Positions 29,747 through 37,480 of a stretch of 37,480 nucleotides of DNA are shown here, piece after piece. The position numbers and the translations under genes were made by a program. The DNA lies in the sequence record DRR723986_1802; one strand, given 5' to 3'. How positions within the stretch are numbered: position 1 is the first letter of the stretch; every line of letters begins with the position of its first letter. The notes beneath the pieces were generated by a model. The model did no database searches. It was not told where the DNA came from and worked only from the letters and a program-made list of their open reading frames with translations.

Positions 29747-30402
29747 CCATCTATGTGATCAACCCCAACAGCAGCCAACACGTCACGGATGGCATTAGCC
29801 GCGCTGTTGACCCAATGCGCGCTGCCGCTCCGGTTCCGATTGAAGCCCGGACTCTGGCCGAAGGGCCGCCGGGCATTGAAACGCAAGCGCATGTGGATGC
29901 GGTCGTGGCCCCGATGCTGGCCCATTGCGCGGCTCTTGAAGAAACCGCCAGCGCCTTCGTCGTGGCCTGTTATTCCGATCCGGGATTGGCGGCGCTGCGC
30001 GAGCAATCAAACCATCCTGTGCTGGGCATTGCAGAGGCCTCCATCCTGACCGCGATGACCCTCGGCCAGCAGTTCGGCATTATCTCCATCCTGTCCACCA
30101 GCATACCGCGTCACATGCGCTATGTCGGGGCCATGGGCGTGATGGACCGGCTGGCGGGGGATCAGCCGCTGGAACTGGGCGTGGCTGAATTGGCCGATGA
30201 AACCCGCACGTTCGAGCGGCTCATTTCCGTCGGCGAACACCTGCGCGACACAGCACGGGCAGACGTTGTTATTCTGGGCTGCGCAGGCATGACCGCTTTT
30301 CGCACCGATCTTGAAACCCATCTTGGCATTCCGGTGGTCGAACCTTGTCAGGCCGCCACTGCTATGGCGATCGGGCGGGTGGCACTTCAAAAGACACGAT
30401 AG
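29743..30402 (+). CDS. Hydantoin racemase (Asp/Glu/hydantoin racemase family)
   Basis: VINPNSS, with catalytic cysteines in ACYSDPG and LGCAGM. ATGA overlap at 29743. Confidence 0.88.
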   Translation: MTIYVINPNSSQHVTDGISRAVDPMRAAAPVPIEARTLAEGPPGIETQAHVDAVVAPMLAHCAALEETASAFVVACYSDPGLAALREQSNHPVLGIAEASILTAMTLGQQFGIISILSTSIPRHMRYVGAMGVMDRLAGDQPLELGVAELADETRTFERLISVGEHLRDTARADVVILGCAGMTAFRTDLETHLGIPVVEPCQAATAMAIGRVALQKTR

Positions 30403-30410
30403 GACCAACA

Positions 30411-31334
30411 ATGACTTTACTCACTCCCCAAGCCGCTGGCGTCTTTGTGATTGCCGTGACGCCCTTTCACCCGGACGGACGGATCGACATGGACAGCTGT
30501 GACAGGATGGTGGATTTCTACCTCGGCGCAGGTGCGACAGGGCTGACAGTCTTGGGCATGATGGGCGAAGCGCCTAAGTTAACCGTCGAGGAATCCCGCG
30601 ATGTGGTGGCACGGATATTGGCCCGCGTGGATGGCCGGGTGCCGGTGGTTGTGGGCGTGTCCGCCCCCGGCTTTGCCCAGATCGGGGCCTTGACGCAGAT
30701 GGTGATGGATCTTGGCGCGGCCGGTGTGATGGTGGCGCCGCCTGGAAACCTGCGCACCGATGATCAGATCGTGACCTACTATACCCAAGTGGCCGAGCTG
30801 ATTGGCGATGTGCCTTTTGTCTTGCAGGATTTCCCCTTGGTCACCGGGGTGCAGATCGCGCCCAAGGTGATCGCCAGAATAGTCAACGACCTGCCAACCT
30901 GCGTTTGCCTCAAGCATGAGGATTGGCCGGGGCTGGAAAAAATCACCGCGTTGCGCAAGGCGGGGGCGCTGGACAGGCCGCTGTCGATCCTCTGCGGCAA
31001 TGGCGGGTTGTTCCTGCCCGAGGAAATGGCACGCGGGGCCGATGGCGCCATGACCGGCTTTGCCTATCCAGAGATGATGGTCAGCGTGGTGGAACATTAC
31101 AACAAGGGAGAGGCCGAACGCGGGCGCGATATCTTTGACGCCTATCTGCCGCTGGCCCGTTTTGAACAGCAGCCGGGCATGGGCCTTGCCATCCGAAAAT
31201 ACACACTGGCCCGGCGCGGGATCATTGCCCATGACGCCCTGCGTAAACCGGGCGCCGGTTTGTCGGCAGACAGCCGCGCAGAAGTGGACCGTTTGATTGA
31301 ACGACAAGAACAACGATTGAAGGAACTGGGCTGA
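30411..31334 (+). CDS. DHDPS/NAL-family lyase (not canonical DapA; L-KDA-dehydratase-like Gln/Lys/Glu motif)
   Basis: AGGA RBS before ATG 30411. TPF...G.ID, LGMMGE, LQDFP and LKHED. Confidence 0.82.
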   Translation: MTLLTPQAAGVFVIAVTPFHPDGRIDMDSCDRMVDFYLGAGATGLTVLGMMGEAPKLTVEESRDVVARILARVDGRVPVVVGVSAPGFAQIGALTQMVMDLGAAGVMVAPPGNLRTDDQIVTYYTQVAELIGDVPFVLQDFPLVTGVQIAPKVIARIVNDLPTCVCLKHEDWPGLEKITALRKAGALDRPLSILCGNGGLFLPEEMARGADGAMTGFAYPEMMVSVVEHYNKGEAERGRDIFDAYLPLARFEQQPGMGLAIRKYTLARRGIIAHDALRKPGAGLSADSRAEVDRLIERQEQRLKELG

Positions 31335-32104
31335 TGGATCTCGAACTGAACGGAAAACGGGCGCTTGTGTTGGGTGCCAGCCGCGGCCTTGGTATGGCCA
31401 TCGCCAAATCGCTGGCTGTCGAAGGCGCAACGGTTTTTGCCGCTGCACGCAGCCGCGACAAGATTGCCGATTGGGCGCAGGGCATCACAGGGGTCACCCC
31501 GCTGGCGCTGGATCTGGCGGATCTTTCGCAAGTGGATGGGGTTGTGGAGGAGCTGCTCAAAGATGGCGGCGTCGATATCATCGTGAACAACGGCGGCGGC
31601 CCACCCCCCGGAACCGCACAATCCGCAGAACGCGGCCAGTGGTTGACCCATTTTGAGGCGATGGCCGCCAATTTGTTCCACCTCAACACACGGCTGCTGC
31701 CTGCGATGAAGGGGCGCGGATGGGGGCGGATTGTCTCCATCACCTCATCTGGTGTTGAACAGCCGATCCCGAACCTTGCGCTGTCCAACGGTATCCGCTC
31801 TGCCGTGGTGGGCTGGTCCAAGACATTGGCCAATGAGGTTGCCGGGGACGGGATCACCGTCAATGTCGTGATGCCGGGCCGTATACATACGCAGCGGGTC
31901 GATGAACTGGACGCGGCCGCTGCCAAACGCACCGAAACCGATGTGGCGGACGTCGCGGCAAAATCCCGCGCCACCATTCCCGCCGGGCGCTATGGAAAGC
32001 CGGAAGAATTTGCCGATGTTGTCACCTTCCTTGCCTCTGCACGGGCCGGATATGTGACGGGTTCCAAGATCCGTATCGACGGCGGATCTATCAAAAGCAT
32101 CTAG
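31334..32104 (+). CDS. SDR oxidoreductase (atypical catalytic motif)
   Basis: GASRGLG, NNGGGPPPG, LSNGIR in place of YxxxK, and PGRIHT. TGATG overlap with the upstream gene. Confidence 0.88.
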   Translation: MDLELNGKRALVLGASRGLGMAIAKSLAVEGATVFAAARSRDKIADWAQGITGVTPLALDLADLSQVDGVVEELLKDGGVDIIVNNGGGPPPGTAQSAERGQWLTHFEAMAANLFHLNTRLLPAMKGRGWGRIVSITSSGVEQPIPNLALSNGIRSAVVGWSKTLANEVAGDGITVNVVMPGRIHTQRVDELDAAAAKRTETDVADVAAKSRATIPAGRYGKPEEFADVVTFLASARAGYVTGSKIRIDGGSIKSI

Positions 32105-32121
32105 GGCGCATCGCAAGCGCC

Positions 32122-32155
32122 GCCGTCCCCCATGGCCAATACCACGGGGGACGGT
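32122..32155. terminator. Hairpin between convergent genes
   Basis: GCCGTCCCCC...GGGGGACGGT inverted repeat with a weak U-tract. Confidence 0.5.
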
Positions 32156-32164
32156 GTCTTGACC

Positions 32165-33313
32165 TCAGGCCTCGGGCAAAACCGCGCTGGGCCGGTCTGC
32201 CATTTGCGCCAATTTGACCTGCATCAGGATCGACATTTCGTCATAGTTCACCCATTCATCGACAATCCGGCCATCGCGAATATGCAGATGGGTCATACCC
32301 ATGACCTGAACCCGCTTGCCAGTTGGCGCACCCAGATCATCCAGAATGCCCCAACCAAGGTGATGCCCCTCAACCACCCAGCGGATCGCCACCTTGTGAC
32401 CGCCTTCGTCGCAAGGTACGGAACAGATATGCTGCGGCATGAAATGGCCATCAGGAATGGACGCATAAAAGCCAACTGTTTGATGGATCACCGCCGCCTG
32501 CCCATAAAGTTCTTTCATCAGCGGGCCGTGGTATTGGACGGTTGGCGCGTAGACCTCGTTGATCTTGCCGAACATCCGACGATTGTGAATATCGTTCAGC
32601 CAGATCAGAACCTGCTCTTCTAGGTCGTTATGCGCGATCTCAAGATCGGGCTTGGCCTCAGGCGGATATTGCCCCGACAGGCGACCGTTTTCACCGATGT
32701 CGATGGACAGCAATCCTTTGTCAAAATACCCCTGCGCTAGGTTTTCAGCATAATCCTGCGGATCAAGACCGATCTGTTTGATTTGCGCCATGCTGTCCAC
32801 AACCAGCCATTCGCGGTAAATCTTGTTCTCGAACACCATGCAGTCCGCGATGGTCCGGGCGACAAAATTGCGGCCGGTCGGTTTGCCGTAAACGCCGGGC
32901 TGTGTGTGCCGGCCAGAGCCGGTGACCAGATGCGAGGTGTAGAACCCGTCATCTTCGTTGCCGCGCCAGACCACCTGAGTGGCCATGCCGCGCCGTTCGG
33001 GCAGCATGAACATGCGTTGAATGGTGTCCTGCACAACCTGCTCGCGGGTATAGATCGTACCGGTCGCGCCGTAGACCACGCAATCGTGTGTATAATGGGT
33101 GTAAATCAGCCCGACATCACGTTCGTCCCAGATCTTGTGGGTGCAGCGGATGATGTAATCCACAATGTCTGTGTAGATCGGATCAAACCCGCGCATGGGT
33201 TGCGCCCTTGGCCGGTCATCCGGGACCAGATCAACAAAATCAAGGCGCTCTGCCTGAAGAACTTCGGGGGCTTTTGCGGCTGGCGCTTGTTTGGGGGGCT
33301 GCTGTTTGTTCAT
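32165..33313 (-). CDS. Tandem SnoaL-like/NTF2 'ester cyclase' domain protein
   Basis: Two ~150-aa repeats: IW...Y...GRHTQPGVYGKPTGR...IYREWLVVD and IH...Y...GHHLGWG...GAPTGKRV...IVDEWVNYD. Confidence 0.8.
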   Translation of the reverse strand: MNKQQPPKQAPAAKAPEVLQAERLDFVDLVPDDRPRAQPMRGFDPIYTDIVDYIIRCTHKIWDERDVGLIYTHYTHDCVVYGATGTIYTREQVVQDTIQRMFMLPERRGMATQVVWRGNEDDGFYTSHLVTGSGRHTQPGVYGKPTGRNFVARTIADCMVFENKIYREWLVVDSMAQIKQIGLDPQDYAENLAQGYFDKGLLSIDIGENGRLSGQYPPEAKPDLEIAHNDLEEQVLIWLNDIHNRRMFGKINEVYAPTVQYHGPLMKELYGQAAVIHQTVGFYASIPDGHFMPQHICSVPCDEGGHKVAIRWVVEGHHLGWGILDDLGAPTGKRVQVMGMTHLHIRDGRIVDEWVNYDEMSILMQVKLAQMADRPSAVLPEA

Positions 33314-33359
33314 AGGTCACCTTCAGATTCGGGAGTTTGGATGAAAGGCTACTCAGATA

Positions 33360-33373
33360 TGAATACGCTTGCA
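33360..33373. promoter_or_regulatory. LacI-type operator (weaker copy) upstream of the SnoaL gene
   Basis: TGAATACGCTTGCA, similar to the 33502 site. Confidence 0.55.
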
Positions 33374-33501
33374 AATAATTCTTTTGCGGTGACCTGTATG
33401 ATTGTGCGTTCGGCGATGGTTTGAAGACATAAATCCACATTATAAGTATAAAGGGAAACATTCGGCTGAGAAATTGGGTCGGAGGAGTGCAAAAACAGTT
33501 C

Positions 33502-33517
33502 TTGAATGCGTATTCAA
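33502..33517. promoter_or_regulatory. LacI-type operator upstream of the ABC operon
   Basis: Near-perfect palindrome TTGAATGCGTATTCAA with a central CG, overlapping a TTGAAT -35-like hexamer. Confidence 0.7.
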
Positions 33518-33623
33518 AATATGCACAAATGAGACCACAGCGAGACTCGGAATCGGGTTTCGGCGGTGTTTGGGTAAAATCCGGGCGCCGGAGGGGAAGA
33601 GAAAAACCAATGGGAGGTTACCA

Positions 33624-34862
33624 ATGAGATTCAAACTCACAACAGCACTTGTTGCCTGTGGTCTGGCGATGTCGACCACAGCAGCTTTGGCCGATTGCGG
33701 CATCGAAAGCGGCTCTGTCCGAATCTTGTCCAACGACTTTGAAGCACTGCATGTGATCGCGGATGCGGCCAAGACCTGTGCCAATGACAGTGTCGAGGTC
33801 ACCAGCAATGCCACGACCGAACACAAGAACATTCAGGTGCCCGCGCTGACCACCAATCCGGCCAGCTACACCGTGCCGATTGTTGCGACAAACTCCATCG
33901 TGCCACTGCTGAACGAAGATCTGATCCGCCCGCTGGATGCCTATGTTGAAAAATGGGGTCAGCAATTGCTGCCGCAGCAGTTGATCAAGGTGGACGGTCA
34001 AGTGATGGCAATTGCCTTTATGGCCAACGCGCAGCACCTGTTCTATCGCAAGGACATTTTGGAAGAGCATGGCATCGCGGTGCCCGGCACCTATGCCGAA
34101 CTGATCGAAGCCTCCAAAATGCTGAAAGACAAAGGCGTGATGGAATATCCGCTGGCGGCGAACTTCAAACCCGGCTGGAACCTCGCGGCGGAGTTTGTGA
34201 ACACCTACCTCGGCACCGGCGGCGATTTCTTCAAGGCAGGTTCTGCGGAACTGGACATCGACAATGCCAACGGCATCAAGACGCTCGAAACGCTCAAGGC
34301 GATGACCGACTACATGAGCCCCGATTACGTAACCTATGACACCAATGGCGTGAAACCGATCTGGGAGGCAAACGAGCTTGCCTTTGCAACATCCTGGGGA
34401 TCACGGGCCAGCGCCTATATCGGCGACGAAAGCCCCGCACCGGAGATCGCCAAAGCAACAGCGCTTGCCGCGATGCCGGCGCTTATGGATGGCGGCGTGC
34501 CGTCCGCGGCGCTGTGGTGGGATGGGTTCACCATCGCCAAGAATATCTCTGACGAGGATGCCGAAGCTTCCTTCCGCGCAATGATGAAGGGAATCTCCCC
34601 CCAAGTGATCGCGGAGAACCAGGAGCTGGCTGTCTGGCTGGTGGATGGCTATGCGCCAACGCCTGCTGCTGATGGTGTTGTTGCCAACCTGCAAGGCAAG
34701 GCGCGCCCCTATCCGATGGTCCCTTACATGGGCCTCCTGCACACGGCACTGGGGGACAATGTGATTGAATATCTGCAAGGCAGCGAAAGCGCGGAGCAGG
34801 CATTGGATGACATTACCGCCGCCTACAACACCGCGGCAAAAGAAGCTGGTTTCCTGAACTAA
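33624..34862 (+). CDS. CUT1-family ABC substrate-binding protein
   Basis: GGGAGG RBS before ATG 33624. Signal peptide MRFKLTTALVACGLAMSTTAALA. LFYRKDILEEHGIAVPGTY. Confidence 0.9.
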   Translation: MRFKLTTALVACGLAMSTTAALADCGIESGSVRILSNDFEALHVIADAAKTCANDSVEVTSNATTEHKNIQVPALTTNPASYTVPIVATNSIVPLLNEDLIRPLDAYVEKWGQQLLPQQLIKVDGQVMAIAFMANAQHLFYRKDILEEHGIAVPGTYAELIEASKMLKDKGVMEYPLAANFKPGWNLAAEFVNTYLGTGGDFFKAGSAELDIDNANGIKTLETLKAMTDYMSPDYVTYDTNGVKPIWEANELAFATSWGSRASAYIGDESPAPEIAKATALAAMPALMDGGVPSAALWWDGFTIAKNISDEDAEASFRAMMKGISPQVIAENQELAVWLVDGYAPTPAADGVVANLQGKARPYPMVPYMGLLHTALGDNVIEYLQGSESAEQALDDITAAYNTAAKEAGFLN

Positions 34863-34878
34863 GCTTTTGCCAGACATT

Positions 34879-34904
34879 GTAAGGGGGCGGCATAGCCCCC
34901 TTAC
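34879..34904 (+). terminator. Intercistronic hairpin after the SBP gene
   Basis: GTAAGGGGGC-GGCATA-GCCCCCTTAC followed by GTTTCTT. Confidence 0.6.
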
Positions 34905-34945
34905 GTTTCTTCGATCAGCATCCGGCAATAGGGGGCAGGGGCGCA

Positions 34946-35974
34946 ATGACCCACAAGGAATTCATGGCCTTCATCTGGCCGTCACTTCTTGCGATGGCTT
35001 TGTTCATCGCGGTTCCGATTATCTCGGTCGCCTATCAGTCGATGTTTGTCGAACATGAGCAGATCATGATCGAAACCGAAACTTGCGGCCCGTTCGGGTG
35101 TACGCCTGAAGTGGCGGTCGATCAGGATGCGATGCGAATGATCCGTGAGGAATCCCCCGCCGGACGGTTCAACGGGCTGGACACCTACACAAACTCCAGC
35201 CACCTCGCGACCGATGAGATCACCGAGATCGTCGCGACATCAGCGAACTTTGGCGAAATTCGCGACCGGATCATGAACCTGCCGTTCTACAAGGCGCTGA
35301 TCTTTACGCTGTCTTATACATTTATCGTCACGCCGCTGGTGATTGTCTTTGGATTTATCATCGCCGTGGTGGTGAATTCGATCCCGAGTTTTCTCAAGGG
35401 GCCGGTGATCTTCTTTTCCCTGCTGCCGATGATCGTCACGCCGCTGGTCGGCTCGCTGGTTCTCTTCTGGATGATCGACAGCCGCGGTGTTGTGGGGGCT
35501 TTCCTGCAATACCTCTTTGCCGATCCATCGCTATCGCTCAAGGCCTCCCCGACGCTGACCTGGGTCACGTTGTTTGTTTACGGCGTCTGGCACTCTGCAC
35601 CCTTCGCCTTTGTTGTCTTCTATGCCGGACTGCAAACCGTGCCTTCCGATACGCTTGAATCCTCGATGGTCGATGGCGCCAACCGGTGGGAACAGATCCG
35701 ATTTGTGGTGATGCCCTATCTGCTGCCGCTGGCGACCTTTGTGGCGCTGATGCAGCTGATGGACAACTTTCGGATCTTCGAGCCGATCATCGGATTTTCG
35801 GCCTCCGCCAGCGCCACCTCGCTCAGCTACTTGATCTACACCGACCTGCGCGAGGCTGAGACCCCGCTGTTTGGCTCCGCCGCTGCGACGTCGATGCTGA
35901 CGATCATCGGTGTGATCATCCTGCTGCTGCCGGTGCTGTTCCGCAATGCCCGCGAATTCAACCGAAAGGCTTGA
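34946..35974 (+). CDS. CUT1 ABC permease (MalF-like)
   Basis: Multiple TMs with EAA-loop variant LESSMVDGANRWEQIRFVVMP. Confidence 0.9.
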   Translation: MTHKEFMAFIWPSLLAMALFIAVPIISVAYQSMFVEHEQIMIETETCGPFGCTPEVAVDQDAMRMIREESPAGRFNGLDTYTNSSHLATDEITEIVATSANFGEIRDRIMNLPFYKALIFTLSYTFIVTPLVIVFGFIIAVVVNSIPSFLKGPVIFFSLLPMIVTPLVGSLVLFWMIDSRGVVGAFLQYLFADPSLSLKASPTLTWVTLFVYGVWHSAPFAFVVFYAGLQTVPSDTLESSMVDGANRWEQIRFVVMPYLLPLATFVALMQLMDNFRIFEPIIGFSASASATSLSYLIYTDLREAETPLFGSAAATSMLTIIGVIILLLPVLFRNAREFNRKA

Positions 35975-35977
35975 GCC

Positions 35978-36880
35978 ATGGCCCTCTTCAACACAACAAG
36001 CGACAATCCCGCAGCTCAGAAATCCACTGCTCTTGCAGTTCTTTCGGTGGCATTCGTTCTGGTCTGGCTGTTCATTGCGGCCTTTCCGTTCCTGTGGACA
36101 GCATGGGGATCGTTCAAGGCAGAGGGTGATTTCTTCTCCCGTGCTGATTGGATGAACGCAATCACCGGTCCCGCGACCACGGCGCAAACCGGCGGTGCCT
36201 TTACCCTTGATGGCTATCGCGGGGCATGGATTGAAAAGGAATTCTGGCGCGCCGCGCTGAATACCGGCATCGTGACACTTTGTGTTACGTTGATCTCGTT
36301 GACCCTAGGCACGTTGGGCGGCTACGCCTTGGCGCGGTCCGGCTTTCGCTACACCTTCTGGATCCTCATCGCCGCGCTGGTGTTTCGCGCCATGCCGCAT
36401 GTGACGCTGGTCTCGGGTTACCTGTTGCCGTTCTTTCAGCTGAACATCTGGGGCTATCTGCCGACCACCATCATTGTGCTGGTGGCCATCAACCAACCCT
36501 TCACCCTGTGGATGCTGCACAGCTTCTTCCTGTCGATCCCCAAGGATCTGGATGAGGCCGCAATGGTCGACGGTTGCACCCGCTTTCAGGCCTTCCGGCT
36601 GGCCATCATCCCGGTGATGTGGCCCGGCGTTGTCACCACCGGATTGTTCAGTTTCCTGCTGGCCTATAACGACTTTACCACCACCTCGATGCTGCTGACC
36701 GAAGAGAACGCGACGATGATCCCCAAGATCAACAGCTTCCTCGGCTCCACGCAAGAAGAGGGCAAAGTCATGTATGCGGTCGCCGCCGTGGTCTCGGCCA
36801 TCATCCCGCTCTTTGTGCTCATCATGTTTTTCCAACGCCAAATTGTCAGCGGCCTGACCGCTGGCGCAGTCAAAGGATAG
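35978..36880 (+). CDS. CUT1 ABC permease (MalG-like)
   Basis: IPKDLDEAAMVDG EAA loop and C-terminal GLTAGAVKG. Confidence 0.92.
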   Translation: MALFNTTSDNPAAQKSTALAVLSVAFVLVWLFIAAFPFLWTAWGSFKAEGDFFSRADWMNAITGPATTAQTGGAFTLDGYRGAWIEKEFWRAALNTGIVTLCVTLISLTLGTLGGYALARSGFRYTFWILIAALVFRAMPHVTLVSGYLLPFFQLNIWGYLPTTIIVLVAINQPFTLWMLHSFFLSIPKDLDEAAMVDGCTRFQAFRLAIIPVMWPGVVTTGLFSFLLAYNDFTTTSMLLTEENATMIPKINSFLGSTQEEGKVMYAVAAVVSAIIPLFVLIMFFQRQIVSGLTAGAVKG

Positions 36881-36889
36881 GTCTCTGTC

Positions 36890-37480
36890 ATGGCCCGACT
36901 TCAACTCAAGAATATCAACAAGCGATGGGGCGCCTTTGTCGGCGTGAAAGACCTTAACCTCGATATTGCGGATGAAGAATTTCTGGTGCTGCTGGGCCCG
37001 TCGGGCTGCGGCAAGTCCACGACCATGCGGATGATTGCGGGCCTTGAAGGGGTCAGCGAAGGCGAGATCCTGCTGGGTGATCAGGTGGTGAACCATCTGC
37101 CGCCGAAAGACCGCGATATTTCTATGGTGTTCCAATCCTATGGTCTTTATCCGAACCTGTCGGTTTATGAAAATATCCGCTTTCCGCTACGGGTGCGCCG
37201 CGTGCCCAAGGACCAGCACGACGAGATGGTGATGCGGGCCGTGCGCATGGTGGAGCTGGAAGATTTCATGCACCGCCGCCCCGCCGAATTGTCCGGCGGG
37301 CAAAGGCAGCGTGTGGCGCTGGGCCGTGCCATCGTACGCAAGCCCACCGTGTTTTTGATGGATGAACCGCTGTCCAATCTGGATGCCAAATTGCGTGTCT
37401 CGACCCGCGCACAGATCAAGAACCTGCAAAGCAAGCTGAAGGTGACAACGGTCTATGTGACCCACGACCAGATCGAGGCG
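36890..37480 (+). CDS. CUT1 ABC ATPase (MalK/UgpC-like), truncated by the window end
   Basis: Not in the ORF track. Manual translation from ATG 36890: [14 protein letters not shown]...GPSGCGKS...FQSYGLYP...LSGGQRQR...[13 protein letters not shown]...VTHDQIEA. Confidence 0.93.
   Translation, partial: MARLQLKNINKRWGAFVGVKDLNLDIADEEFLVLLGPSGCGKSTTMRMIAGLEGVSEGEILLGDQVVNHLPPKDRDISMVFQSYGLYPNLSVYENIRFPLRVRRVPKDQHDEMVMRAVRMVELEDFMHRRPAELSGGQRQRVALGRAIVRKPTVFLMDEPLSNLDAKLRVSTRAQIKNLQSKLKVTTVYVTHDQIEA

Noticed and set aside
30411-31334. Calling this gene dapA
   Set aside because: It lacks the GTTGE motif and catalytic Tyr, and the context is catabolic.
32165-33313. Polyketide biosynthetic gene cluster
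   Set aside because: No KS, ACP or tailoring genes are in the window, and the gene is linked to an importer.

Overview
GC-rich, gene-dense alphaproteobacterial DNA (gene content and style suggest Rhodobacteraceae/Roseobacter group; inference) made of four catabolic/sensory modules. I see no RNA genes, CRISPR arrays or mobile elements. (1) 1-5251: a partial methyl-accepting chemoreceptor preceded by a stand-alone secreted Cache-like protein, a Prx5 peroxiredoxin, an FdxA ferredoxin, an iodotyrosine-deiodinase-like flavoprotein and a divergent LuxR regulator. (2) 5375-18586: two convergent operons (FadR-associated sugar ABC transporter + LRA5-like SDR + mutarotase; LacI-associated APH-fold kinase + divergent enolase + FAH hydrolase + IlvD/Edd dehydratase + aldose dehydrogenase + lactonase). 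Together they look like a complete non-phosphorylative 'diketo-hydrolase' sugar pathway plus an unexplained kinase/enolase pair. (3) 18590-32104: a hydantoinase, a GntR regulator and an 11-gene operon (VOC protein, Dpp-type ABC system, signal-less second SBP, atypical amidohydrolase, hydantoin racemase, DHDPS-fold enzyme, SDR). (4) 32165-37480: a tandem SnoaL/NTF2 protein divergent from a CUT1 ABC transporter, with LacI-type operators. The best novelty candidates are the kinase + active-site-remodelled enolase, the deiodinase-ferredoxin pair and the hydantoin operon. All family assignments come from motifs recognised by eye; no searches were run.
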